A stretch of 64,000 nt of DNA from Camelus dromedarius (Eukaryota). A program made the position numbers and the translations under genes. Below, one piece after another: positions 51,586-64,000 of the stretch. The notes under the pieces were generated by a model. That model was not told the origin of the DNA and did no database searches. It saw nothing but the letters and a program-made list of their open reading frames with translations. The stretch's first letter is position 1, and every line of letters starts with the position of its first letter. The stretch is from the NCBI RefSeq assembly GCF_036321535.1, contig NC_087436.1, positions 50,160,001 to 50,224,000 on the forward strand, read 5' to 3'.

Positions 51586-52970
51586 TGTATGATATAAAGA
51601 TAGGGAATGTTTGCTTTTACTTTCCCCAGAAGCATTTTAGTTTTCACATACCATGAAAATTAGATCTGTAGTCCTTTGTCTAGTTAATTGTTCTGTTCTG
51701 AGGGACAAATGGTTGCAGCCTAAAAAAAAAAAATCTCCATCAGGCTTATTTACATCAAATTATAGTCACTTTATAATGGTTTTGTCCATTTTCACCGATG
51801 ATAAAGATGAATAGTGGGATGAGTAGGAAAGAAAAGAATGGGAAAATTTATAGATCTTTATCAACATGACCATTAAAACATGTGATTCATATAGATATGT
51901 CAATCCACTTCATGATAATTCAATATATCATCAAGAGTGTACCATTGTGTCAGTTACTAGTATCAAATTACTAATTCACAGGGAAAGAATGTGCAACAAT
52001 CTAATCTTTTTTCATTAGATTATCATTTTTCCTTAAAAAAAGAAAATGAGTGGTAATCTACTCAAAATATCAATATTTGCTATTGACAGAGTCAATTATT
52101 AGAAATGTCTAATTATGTTGCATGTTCACTATACAAATTCGGCATTTTATGTTAGTTTCAAAAGACTGAGTCTCTTGTCAGATGAAACCACTGATTAATA
52201 TTTCATTCTTGCCAAAGCTTGTATTCTCAATCGTCTCTTATTTAATTTTTTGGATCTTTGAAATGTTTTCATATTCCTAGACTGTTAGTTACATAGCTTT
52301 TTAAAAAGCTTGATTCAAATACAACTACAAAAGAAATTAAAGTCAATTTAAAGTTCATTGTACTTTAAACTAATTTTTTCAATGACTATGGTGATTATTT
52401 GTGGACAATAATTTTATAGGTGTTTTAATGTCAAGAGCTATAATCAATGTCCTTTGATTGTGAAATTATTTAAAAAATCATTGAGAAACAAAGTAATCAG
52501 AATGATTATTACGTATATATAATGATAATATAAAGCAGATGGAAAAACCAGTGAAAAATGATCGCTCATACAGATGAAATTAATAAATAATTAGTTAGCT
52601 ATATTACTACCACAGTGGGATATACAGTGGCAAGATGCCCAGACAATGCTAAGAAAGAGAATCAGCACCATTTGAATTAAATTCACTGTATCCCAACATT
52701 TTGCTGTATCTTCAACATAGTACCTATGCAAAATATTTTTGCATAATTATTACTACTGTTAAAAATATTTCTCTACAGAGAGAAGAATGTATTCCACAAA
52801 TAGAAGTTTCTGTAAGAGACAAGAATGCATTTAGAAGCAAGAGTTCCTATGTGACAACTTTTAAATTTAATCATTTATATTTACTATGCCTGGAGTCTTG
52901 TAGGCTTTTGAATGGCTTCCAAGCTAGTTCCTACCTTAATCCAATCCAAATTTCTGATTATGTTTGAAAG

Positions 52971-53564
52971 TATGAGAGCCCATGATTGGGTTAACAAATT
53001 GTAACAGACCCCAGCCGCTTGTCTCCTTAAAGAACAAATGTGCTTAGTAACTGCCTTGCAAGTAGGTGCCTGTGCATCTGCACTCCTGTCTCCTTGCTGT
53101 AAAAAGAGAGACAATGCCTTGCTTGTGTGGTTGAGGTTTTAGACAGCACTCTGCTCGTTGCAAAGCAAAGACCCAGGCCCTCAGCTATAAACGCTGGGCA
53201 TGCCTGCTGTTAGATAGCCTTTTATCCCCAAAACAAGGAACTGGCTGGTCTGGTGGTCTGCTTTAACATATCCATAAGAATGTATCTTGATCCCCTCTCC
53301 CCATGACATCCCTAAAGATAAACAAAGTCCTTTGTACTCATTGTGATCTCTACAATCTCGATCCCATCGTGTCTTTCCCTAAATTCCTGCATTCCATCAC
53401 ACAACTGTTAGTGATTTTTCCTTTGATTGTACACAATAAATGTGGGAGCATTTGAGAGGCTCTTGGAGTTGGCTCCCGACTCCCTCCCACTCTCTTGACT
53501 TTTTCCACAGAGTCTCAAGTAATTCAGTCCGTCTCGGTGGGACTTCTGCAGGCCAGAACCCACA
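52971..53564 (+). mobile_element. Solo LTR of a class II (ERV2/betaretrovirus-like) ERV
   Basis: Perfect 6-bp TSD tgaaag (52965-52970 / 53565-53570); ends ...ccaca, starts tatgagagcc (TG mutated); aataaa near 53435; 594 bp. Confidence 0.8.
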
Positions 53565-55359
53565 TGAAAGATAATAAGCAAATTAGATTTTAGGGGGAAA
53601 GTGCAGTTAGCCCCAACTCAGCTTGGTGGCATTTCAGCATCATTCAGTCAGATCAGGATAACTGGGTTGCAGTTCTGTGAATCCAGGCAGAGAACTCACA
53701 ATGTGAAGGGTAACAGTGTATCCTCACATAATCAAAGTCTGTAAGTGTATTACTATTGCCATTATTACTGATAAGGAGAAGAAAATGCAATGAGTATTTG
53801 AAAAGAATACTGCATTTTGCAAAATATCCTCAAATGCAACATGTACCAGAGTGAACCACGCTGTGAAGCACTACTAATATATATTTACATAAATTAAATG
53901 TTGGTGGAATTATTTGGACCAGAAATTCAGAATTAAGCAATTTTATATAATTAATCCAATTCACTGAATTAGAGTTAATTTAAAAATATATTGTTTCAAT
54001 AAGATGGAACCACATTAGTATTCACTAATTTGGACATCTTACAAACAGAAAGAAAATAAATATTTGTAAGTTAAGGAGTGTATATCTCTATATTGTCAGA
54101 TGTCTTTCCTATAAGTGAACAAAGATCCCTTCTTCTAAAATAAGGGCAACAGTCTTCACCAAATCTGGGATTTAATTTCAATTGCTTTTTACTAAGGTAT
54201 GTTGATCTAAATATTCTCAATATTTTCTTCTTGACAAAGTTTAGATTTTTAAACTTAAAGAATTTTTTTTTTTTTGGACAAAGAGTATGTCAAAATATAT
54301 AAAATCAAGTTATTTAGATGCATGGATCAGAAGCCTGAAAACTAGAATAATGAAACGCACACAAAAAAGTCTATGGCAAAACTGAAATGAAAACTTAGTA
54401 CAATAAAAGGCTGATTAGAAAAGGGTTCAGAAACTACAAAGCCATTATATTAAAGTAGAATATGGACTAAAACTTATGGGTGACTAGAGTACATAGTTAC
54501 ATCTGCTACTCAAGATACCATCTTCATAAGATGTTTTTTGAGTCAAAATCAGAAGGAATGAGTGGAATTTTACCTTTGGACTTAGCACTTGGCCTTTGAT
54601 GGAACCTAAGTAATTTATTCTAGTTTCATTTCATATTGTCATTGGTACTAAAACACTTTTTTGCCATTACAGGATCATGTTTACTAGGACAACTTTGCTA
54701 GTTACCCATCTCCTTTGAGGGGCCTCATCAATTATCATCAGTGTCTGTCAATACATGAGTTTGTTAACCATGTCATGGTACACATATTACAAAACTAGTC
54801 TCCAGAAGCTTATGTTATTTATATTTTTCACATAACATTTTAGGAAAATTTGAGGAAACATGGCAAGTTGGGAGAAACACATTGTTCTCCTTAGTATTAT
54901 TACACATTTTAAAATCACTTAATCATATCCCTCTATATTTATTGTTTTGATATATTTCAATCTTAAAAGTGATATTTTGACACCTTAACTCCACATTCCA
55001 GAGAGATGCCCCAAACTGGGCCTGTGTTCCTCATTATATAGTTTACACGTCACCAATATTCTTTTAAAATCACGTAATTGTAATATGCAAGACATGTTTC
55101 AATTCTTTTCTTTTTTCTCCCTAATTTAGCATTGTTTGACCAATTTAGTAGAATGTTGGAAACAGCAATAATTAACTGTGCCCCTTTTTAACAGTTCTGG
55201 GATAATATCTCAAAGTTCATTTGTGTAGCATGGTTGTTCTGTTATCTCTATTATGTCCTTTTGATTTTTGTCATTAGCTTCTTGAGAAGGGCAACTATGT
55301 CTTTGGTATTATCTCTAGTCAACATGCTAATATTTTATTAGGCATTATTAACTTGAGTT

Positions 55360-55750
55360 ATTTTATAGCTTTATTGAGGTATAGCTTATTGACATATAAT
55401 TTATTTATAATAAAATCTGTTTTAAATTCACAATTAAAATAATTCTATTAAGTACATACAAGCATGTAACTATGACTAAAATCTAGTTTTGAAACACTCC
55501 ATCACCTCAAAAAGTTCTTGGTGCCCCTTTACCATCTTTCTCCAATTTTGCAGGGCTCCCAGACAATGACTTATCCACTTTTGATCACTATAATCTTGTC
55601 TATTCTAGAATTCTATTGTATGAAGAAGTCACATTTTGTCTATCCATTCACAAATTAATAGCTAGGTTACCATTTGTTGGCTAATATGACTCAGACTTCT
55701 GTTAATACTTTACTACAAGTTTTTGTGTGGACATGTCTTTACAATTCTGA
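55360..55750 (-). mobile_element. L1MB/ME-type 3' end
   Basis: ttttatagctttattgaggtata...ccatcacctcaaaaagttc...caagtttttgtgtggacatg. Confidence 0.7.
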
Positions 55751-56838
55751 GAAGATACATATTAGATCATTCTCTTTCTTGCCAGATTCGGAACCAACTG
55801 AGTAGCAGACAGATTTAGTAGGTAAAATTCAAAATGTCCGCCTCATTACTGAAAAAAAGTTATTTGGAGAATGTGGCTTATGCTGTAGAAAACTGGGCAC
55901 TCCAGAATTATGCAGACTTGTTCATTCTGTGACAGGCATTACTGGATTACAGTAGGTTGTTCTAGTCAGCAAATTCTGCTTATAGGATTGGGAAGCAGGG
56001 CACATAGAAGTGCTGTGACATAGGAAGTTTGTCCACATGGAAACCTAGGTATAAAGTCAGTTCCTCAGCATTCTCATAGCTGTTTGCTTTCTTGATCCAT
56101 TGTGCTAAACCTGTAAGCCTGTAGTTAACCAGAATGTGGCTCTATCCAACAGAGAAAGTCCACAATTTTCTAGGTAGTCCTGCTTTCACCTATATTATGC
56201 CTCTCCTGAGGTACAAATAATTGCTTCTTTGTAGATTCTTCCATACACACTAATAGACATTATATACTGAGCCTTCAGAGGCTCTGAAAGCCAAAACTGT
56301 CATTATTCAAATAAACTCCAAGGCTACTCTATTCTCAAAAGGGAAATTTTCATTCCCTATCATATTTCCAACTACAAATTATTTCCTTCGATATTTTCTA
56401 GCATCCCCAAGAGTTCTGTAATTAAATCAGATGACATGATAAAGATATTCTACAAACAAAATACCAATAATCAGATCACCTATCTTTGAACATAAAATCT
56501 CTTGCAATACAAAATACTAAAGAAGCAATTAAAGTCCCAGAATTAAAGCCAATTTTAAGTTAAAGTGTAAAAAATGTGAAGTAAAAATCTCTTGCCCTTC
56601 TGAATTAAAGCACATACAGAGTACCAATTCACACAATACATTTCTTTATTCTTTTCAGCCTCAGCTGAGATTGAGAACAGAATCTGTTCTCCATGATAGG
56701 ATAGGATCAGGGTTCTTTCAATGCTTTGTCTCCTCTCTGGAATAGGTGTAGTCCTCTCACAGTTTCTGAATAAATGAGCTCAATATTCAGTCTCTCAATG
56801 GCCTCACTTTTTAAAAGCCCAGCATTAAGGGCACTTCA

Positions 56839-56986
56839 ATATATATTCGTTTTCATATTCTTTTTCATTAAAGGTTATTACAAGATATTGAATATAGTGC
56901 ATATACATGCTGACTGGAACATTATGCGGTACACCAGAAATTGACACATTGTAACTGACTGTACTTCAATAATAATTTTTTAAAAA
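56839..56986 (+). mobile_element. Miniature camelid-type L1 with 5' inversion
   Basis: 56839-56898 is antisense L1 3' UTR; 56899-56970 is the directly following sense L1 terminus, then an A/T tail. Confidence 0.85.
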
Positions 56987-57210
56987 GAGTACATCTAAAA
57001 TGATCTTCTAAAAGTTCTAATAAGTATATACAAAAGCAGTACATAGGAGAGCCCTAAGACCAACAGAGAAAACAAAACAAGAACCCTAGAAGAATTTGAA
57101 GCCTCTTGTACCAATAGGTACAACAAATATTAAACACAGCCTAAGTCCTAGTGAGATTAACATAAATACTCATGGTGAATGCCTATTTACCTAAATTTGA
57201 ATTATCCAAT

Positions 57211-57569
57211 TATCTTATTCCATTTGGTTTGCTATTAAAAAAATACCATAAACTGAGTGGCTTATAGACAGTATAAATTTATTTCTCACCGTTCTGAAGG
57301 CTGGGAAGTCCAAGATCAACGCACTAGCAAATTTGATGCCTGGTGGGGCCTGCTTCCTGTTTAATAGATGGCCATCTTTTCTCCGTAACTTCAAAGGGCT
57401 AAGGGGGCAAGGGAGTTCTCTGAGGTCTCTTATAAGGTCATTAATCCCATTCATGAGGACTCCACCTTCATGACCCAATCACCTCCCAAAGTCCTCACCT
57501 CCAAATACCATCACATTGAGAATCAGGTTTCAACATACAAATTTGGGGGTACATATTCAGTCTATAGCA
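57211..57569 (-). mobile_element. MaLR LTR (MLT1A-like)
   Basis: aaataccataaactgagtggcttatagac...ggctgggaagtccaagatcaa...ccttcatgacccaatcacctcccaaag...cagtctatagca. Confidence 0.85.
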
Positions 57570-57993
57570 TTTCACCCCTCACCCAGCAAATTCATATTCT
57601 TCTTGCATGCAAAATATATTCACTATATCCAAAAAGCCCCAAGAGTCTTAACTCATACTGAATCAACTCAAAAGTCTACAGTCCAGAGTCTCATCTAAAT
57701 ATCATCTAACTCAGATATGGATGAGACTCAAGGTACAATTCATTCTGAGACAAACTCCTTTCCAGCTGCGAATCTGTGAAATTAAACATGTTATGTGCTT
57801 AAAAAAATACAATGATGGGACATGAATAGGATAAACCTTCCTAATCCAAATGGAAGAAATAGGACAGAAAGGAGTGACAGGTCCTGAGCAAGTCCAAAAC
57901 CCAACACGGAAAATTCTACTGGAACTTAAGGAACAAGAATAATTCTCTTGGGTTCAATGCTCTGCCCTCCATACAATTAGGGTGGAGGCCTTG
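57570..57993 (-). mobile_element. MaLR internal sequence adjoining the LTR
   Basis: tcatctaactcagatatggatgagactcaaggtacaattcattctgag...caagtccaaaaccca. Confidence 0.75.
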
Positions 57994-57994
57994 A

Positions 57995-59605
57995 GTACCA
58001 AACAACTAACAATGCCAGTTGCTGATAAGGATGCAGAGTAATGGAACTCTCACTTATTGCTCATGGGAATGCAAAATTGTGAAGCCACTGTGGAAGAAGA
58101 TGGGCAGTTTCTTACAAACCTAAGTGCAGTTTACCATAAAATCCAGCAGTCACACTCTTAGGTATTTACTTAAATGCCTTAATTCATTTGGACCGCTATA
58201 ATAAAATACTATAGACTGAGCAGCATGTAAACAATAAACATTTATTTCCTGTAGTTCTGGAGTCTGAAAGATTAGGGTGCCAGCATGATCAGGCTGTGGT
58301 GCAGGTGCTCTTCTGTGTTGCAGACTGCCAGCTTCTCACCGCACCCTCATGTGGAAGAGGCTAGCCAAGAGGTCTGTGGGACTCCTTATGTAGGAGCACT
58401 AATCCTACTCATGAGGCTCCACTCTCATGACCTAATCCAGTCCCAGAGGCCTCATCTCCTAACACAATCACATTGGACTTCAGAATTCCAGCATGTGAAT
58501 TTGAAGGGAATACAAACATTGAGACCATAGTACCCAAGTGAGTTGGAAACTTACGTTCGCACAAAGACTTGCATGTGAAAGCTTATAGCAGCTTTATTTA
58601 TAATTGCCAAAAATTGGAATCAATGGATGTGTCCTTCTATAACTGAATGGATAAGCAAGCTGTGGTACATCTATATAAGAGAATATTATTTGGTGATAAA
58701 AAGAAATGAATTATCAAACTATTAAAAGACATGGATGGATCTTAAGTACATATTGCTAAATAAAAGTAGCTAGTCTGAAAATGCTACTTACTACATGATT
58801 CCAATTATATGACATTCTGGAAAAGGCAAAGGTATAGTGATGGTAAAAGGAGCAGTGTTTGCTAGGGGCTTGGGAGGAAGAGAAATGAATATGTGAAGCA
58901 CAGGATTTTTTTTAAGATGATTAATCTATTCTGTATTATATAATTGTGGATATATGATATATGCTTTTGTCAAAACTCATAAAAATTTACAGCACAAAGA
59001 GTGAATCTTAATGCATGCAAATTTTAAAGAATCATTTAGGAGGTCAGGAGATTTCAGAATGAAATGCATACTGTTTTGACAAGAGAATCTAACTGTTCTT
59101 CATATATGAATTCGTTTCACTGAAGGGGATGGGGTAAAAATTACTGACTTAAGTAATTTTGGAAATGAATAGATTTGGTGAGACTAAAGGTAAAAAATAA
59201 ACTATACAAAGCACTGTACTCCAGTTGACAAAGTTTCTTCTCATGGGGATCCAAATTAACAATTATGGTGCCACTATACATGAATACTGGAACTGAATCA
59301 TTAAATAAATGAATATCAAATGATTGAAACCAGCCTTCTCACTGGTGCAGAAGGAGTATATAGATAAGCAAGGTGAGGAGGCTAGAATAATCTATGCGTC
59401 AATAGATCAGAGTTAGGAACATCATCATGAGTTCATGTTTACCTTAATATCGATATGAACAGTTACACACACACACGAACACACATGCACATGGAGTTCC
59501 TCTGTCAACTGAGAAGGCTTAGAAACAACAACATCCCAGTAGCAACAAGCACACATAGTGCCAGATCTTGGTTACTAGTACCATTCTCCAAGGAAAGGAA
59601 ACAGA
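57995..59605 (+). mobile_element. L1MC3/L1MD-type ORF2 end and long 3' UTR, interrupted by an MLT1A LTR
   Basis: ggaactctcacttattgctcatgggaatgcaaaa, tgattccaattatatgacattctggaaaaggcaaa, caacatcccagtagcaacaagcacac. Confidence 0.8.
58175..58532 (-). mobile_element. MaLR solo LTR (MLT1A-like) nested in L1
   Basis: gctataataaaatactatagactgag...cactaatcctactcatgagg...aaacattgagaccatagta; host L1 reads ggtatttac|ccaagtgagttggaaac across it. Confidence 0.8.
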
Positions 59606-59709
59606 GTGTATTTTAATATGGGATAGTTGTATCTACCACCATACGCTTGACATAAATTCTGTTAGCCAAATACTTTCCAAGTAATCAATGCATAGTATTA
59701 CATTACCAT

Positions 59710-60327
59710 TCACAATTAAAAGTGAAAGTTCCACTCAATGAGTAAACTATAGTATGGGTTTTAATGTAACAGAGTATATACAAAAAGTTAATTCATACTG
59801 TTTCAGACTGCATATTGTAACTAATCTCTAAGACATTACCAGTTGTCAAATTTTTGTATAGAATCCAAGAATATTCATAATTATCTGAAAAGGATATAAA
59901 AATACTAATGTCTCCCATGCTTTCCATTTATAAAATTGTATGAGGTTGTGTTTCCTTCATATATTTCAAAGCAACACAATATATTGCAAGAAATTATAAT
60001 GCAGAAACAAACATAAGAATTCAGTTCGATTTCATTAAGCCAGATGTTAAAGTGTTTGCAAAAATGTGAAACAACTGTCACTTTTCTCACTGCATTTATC
60101 TTTGTTTTAGAAAATATAATCAGTTTTTATAAAAATATGCTACTTATGTCAACATGTGATGGAACACATATTGGAACCTAGCCACTCTCCTATTTTCAAA
60201 AAATCCATTTAATTTAAAATAGAGTAAATCATTGATAATTTAGTCCACATAAGCAGAATTTTGTGGTACCCTCAATATTTTAAGAAAGTAAAGGAATCTA
60301 GAGATCAAAACAATGTGAGAACTATTG
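59710..60327 (+). mobile_element. hAT-Charlie1 3' part
   Basis: cattaagccagatgttaaagtgtttgcaaaaatgtgaaacaa...cttttctcact and terminus gagatcaaaacaatgtgagaactattg resemble Charlie1. Confidence 0.75.
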
Positions 60328-62537
60328 GGCTACCACATACGTAGGCCAAGACTTGAAAGGAGGTCCATGAACCCTAACTAGGTTCTGCCTTCAATAAGCC
60401 AGACTGCTTCACTCCTGTATTTTGCATTTATTTTGCTATTGTTCTCCCTTTATAAAACTAGTTAAAAGCTTTAGCTGTGTAAATGAGTTTCATGGGAAGT
60501 GTGTTGTTTATGACAAGGCTAGAGCTTTGAAGGTTTCATGTATGGTGAGAGTTTGCCAGTAATGTTTGGCATGAGAGAAACTTGAGGGAAGACAAAACTT
60601 GGGAGACCTGCTTGGGGCTGCTTCATCCAGTTGTCTATATACCCAATTAGAGTTTCGTTTTCTGATTTTGAGGTTTTGTTCTTAAATAGGGAAATCTGTG
60701 TACAGATAGAGCTAATGTCAGCATTTTACCTTTCATGATTATTTTTATTAAGCCTTTCATAAAAAAAAATTAAATATTTTCCAGTAGAGTCACCTATCTA
60801 CTCCACCTTGACAGTGAATCTGAGCACTAATGCAGGGTATCCAACAGTTTTTCTTCACCAGAAGAGGAGGCAGCACAATATCAGATAAAAACTCAGCAAT
60901 AGTCTTCACTAGGGGAGCTAGTACTCAAGGCTGATGTTTTTTCCCTACTGTATCCTGCACTATAAGGAACTATAAGATTTTGAAGACAAAAAAAAAAAAA
61001 AAAAGAGGAATTTATATCTTTATTTCCATAAAATAAAACAGGAAAAATCTCAAGGGAAAGGATATTTCAGATGTTTAGCATATTCAAAATAAAGTAATAT
61101 GACTCAGGTATTAGGAATGACATAAATTTTGGAATCTTCAAATAGTTTTCATCAAAATATGTCCCCAAAATATTTTATTCTACTCAATTTTGATAATATT
61201 ATAGAAGTCAGCTACTGATGAATGAGCATAAGATGCAAAGAGAAAGGCTTTGACCTAGTAGACTATTATTAATTAGTTTGATTTGGTTAAACACTGTCAG
61301 CATCAACTAATTAATGACAACAACAAATTGAGAGGAAGAAATGAGCAGATGAGAAGCTACCATATGCTCATGCCACGCTCTTAATTGATAATAAGTAAGT
61401 AATTATGGAATAGAAGAAAATGTTAATTCATATGTCTATGGCATTTGAAATGCCTGTTTATAAAGCCGTGTCATTTATAATGGATACTGTTCCACTTGGC
61501 CCCTGAATTAGCTAGAAGTATTGAGGGCAAAGGAAAGAACTCACTCTAATGTTTTCTAACTCATCATCAGACACTGACCACATTTATTAAGCACTTTTAA
61601 AAATATGCACTCAATGGACAAATATGGAATTAATAAACAAAAACTTTACCTCTATTTTCTTATTCATGGTCCCAAGACAACAAGGATGCTCATTGTTGTG
61701 GGGCATTGATCGAGTTGGCTATGGATGGTGATGGATGAGATATTAGCAGCACCTCTTAGACACGGCTTGACTGCTTCTAGTCCTCAGATTTTAGTTCCTT
61801 TTTCAAACAAGAAAGCCAGGGGATTAGGTCTGGGTTCAAAACGTTATTCACATTCTACAAACAACAGATTTCTGACCCCTAAATTTTGCTTTTTTAGCTT
61901 TCTGTTTTACCCAGTCTACTTTTTTCTATCTTTTCATTATAAGTACATGAATTTCTTTGCTTGTCCAACTCCCCTAAGGATTTTACTTCACGTTAGAGGA
62001 CTATTTCCTTTTGATTTATTCATCCTAGAGGTCAGTGATTAGAAATAGAAGCCAATTTCCTATTGTCTCAACTAGTTTGCTTCTTTCAGTGAAAAAAAGA
62101 AAAAAGAAGCCAGCTAGCAACACTGAATTGAAGTGATCTTTAAAATGTTATTTTCACTGTCATTCCATTTTATTAACATGGTACCCGCCTTTTATAAACA
62201 AATCTGACATTGATCTTCCTTAACCATTTTATGGCGAGGTAATGAATTAGATGAAATTTAGAGGAAATTCCTACTCAGATATGGTATTGATTCCTCAGAC
62301 TACCTAAAGTAAGTGCATTTCCAGTACTGGATAAAATTCGATTAAACACTTAATATCAAAGAATACCAATGTTTATTTTCATTAAAGCAGGCAAATAAAC
62401 TACATGTCCAATACCACAAGATGTGCCTTAAAGGCATAAAAAATGATTAGCCTCCTTCACTTGAATTTCATCAAGGAATTTGAAATGATATGACAAGTAA
62501 TATATTATCCAATAAGCAAGTTCAAGAAAATGTTTCC

Positions 62538-62862
62538 TGCGTTAGTTTTCTAGGGCTGCTAGAAAAAAGTACTAGAGACTGGATGACATAAACAATGGAA
62601 AATTTTTTCTCATAGTTCTGGACAATATAAATTCTAGGTCAAGGTTTTAGTAGGGCTGGTTTCTTCTGGGGCTCCTCTTAGCTTGTAGACAGCATCTTCT
62701 CCCTGTGTTCTCACATGGTCTTTGCTCTGTGGTTTTCTATGCCCACATTTCTCCTTCTTATAGGGAAATCAGTCATATTAGATTAGGGTCCACCCTAATT
62801 ACCTCCTGTTAACTTAATTACCTCTTTAAAGACCCTATTTCCAAATAGAGTCACATTCTGAG
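62538..62862 (-). mobile_element. MaLR LTR (MLT1B/C-like), truncated
   Basis: ttagttttctagggctgct...gattagggtccaccctaat...aacttaattacctctttaaagaccctatttccaaatagagtcacattctgag. Confidence 0.8.
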
Positions 62863-62909
62863 CAAGGATTTCTTTATATGATATAGAAGACCTAACAATA
62901 ATAAAAACA

Positions 62910-63435
62910 TTTACTTCCAGAAAATTCAAACATTTCATGCAATTCAATAACAAACAAACAAACAAAAACAATCAAAAAATGGGCAGAAGACCTAAATAGA
63001 CATTTCTCCAAAGAAGACATACAGATGGCTAATGAGCACATGAAAAGATGCTCATTAACACTAGTTATTAGAGAAATGCAAATTAAAACTACAGTGAGGT
63101 ATCACCTCACGCCAGTCAGAACGGCCATCATAAAAAGTCTACAAATGAATGCTGGAGAGAGTATGGAGAAAAAGGAACCCTTCTACATTGTTGGTGGGAA
63201 TGTAAATTGGTGCAGCTACTGTGTAGAACAGCGTGGAGATTCCTTAAAAAACTAAAAATAGAGTTACCATATGATTGGCAATCCCACTCCTGGGCATATA
63301 TCTGTAGAAAACTCTAATTCAAAAGGATATATACATCCCAGTGTTCACAGCAGCACTATTTACAATAGCCAAGAAATGGAGCAACCTAAGTGTCCATTGA
63401 CAGATGAATGAATAAAGAAGATACCACATTGTGTG

Positions 63436-63471
<36 letters not shown>

Positions 63472-63622
63472 GGAATATTACTTATCCATAAAAAGAATGG
63501 AATAATGCCATTGGCAGCAACATGGATGAATCTAGAGATTACTATACTAAGTGAAGTAAGTCAGACAGAGAGAGAAGTATCATATGATTTCACTTACATG
63601 TGGAATCTAAAACAAACAAACA
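62910..63622 (+). mobile_element. L1 ORF2 C-terminal fragment lacking the distal 3' UTR
   Basis: ORF 63025-63255 (HMKRCS...[16 protein letters not shown]) is ORF2; L1 similarity stops at tgtggaatctaaaacaaacaaac; internal (CA)n at about 63439-63469. Confidence 0.88.
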
Positions 63623-64000
63623 ACTTCCACAGTTGAGTTAACACATAGGATTCGAAGATTATATATTACTAAGCAGAACAGCTGTACTAAGGATCATTAC
63701 TATACTACCAGCAAGTAGGTGTACCTAAGCCATAGTAAGAATTTCTCTGTTTAAAGTACAAACTTTTCATGTCAAATGAAAATAAATACAGACATTTGTT
63801 ACCCTACTTCTGATGATGTGGCTTAACAAACATGGAAACTAGTCTCTGCTGGGTCAAGTCAAGTGCAGGGTTTTTTTTGGGGGGGGGGTTAGCGTCAGGG
63901 GAGAAGGAACAGTTTGAGAGCTAATTCTCTCTGAAAAAAAATGGTTAATGTGGATATTTGTGCCTTGTACTACAATTAGGCTCACTCTAGTAAAAATCAG

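Noticed and set aside
35090..57993. Apparent duplication between 35090-35775 and 57211-57993
   Set aside because: Both are MaLR LTR plus adjoining internal sequence of different subfamilies, with unrelated flanks; independent insertions.
1..64000. CRISPR arrays, operons or other prokaryote-style systems
   Set aside because: Mammalian repeat-rich DNA with no regularly spaced repeat-spacer array and no long ORFs.

Overview
AT-rich mammalian DNA, almost certainly camelid (camel/alpaca/llama): it carries a Vic-1-type tRNA-derived SINE and several L1 3' ends of the type I recognise from camelid genomes. I found no protein-coding gene. Every recognisable ORF is a remnant of L1 ORF2 or Tigger1 transposase; the rest look like chance or low-complexity ORFs. 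Much of the window is layered transposon fossil: L2, MIR, MaLR/ERVL LTRs, old L1M, Tigger and Charlie DNA transposons, solo ERV1 and ERV2 LTRs, and younger L1s with target-site duplications (TSDs). The most notable structures are: (1) a full-length U6 snRNA retrocopy fused directly to an ancient L1MC-type 3' segment; (2) an L1 insertion combining a twin-priming inversion, a short 3' transduction and an inverted third copy of its target site at the inversion junction; (3) a ~150-bp twin-primed L1; (4) a near-complete Tigger1 beside an internally deleted derivative; (5) candidate regulatory elements, chiefly a strong CTCF core flanked by three ETS motifs near 33.1-33.4 kb. I see no evidence for a new multi-gene biological system. 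Repeat subfamily names come from remembered consensus sequences, not a database search, and boundaries of old repeats are approximate.
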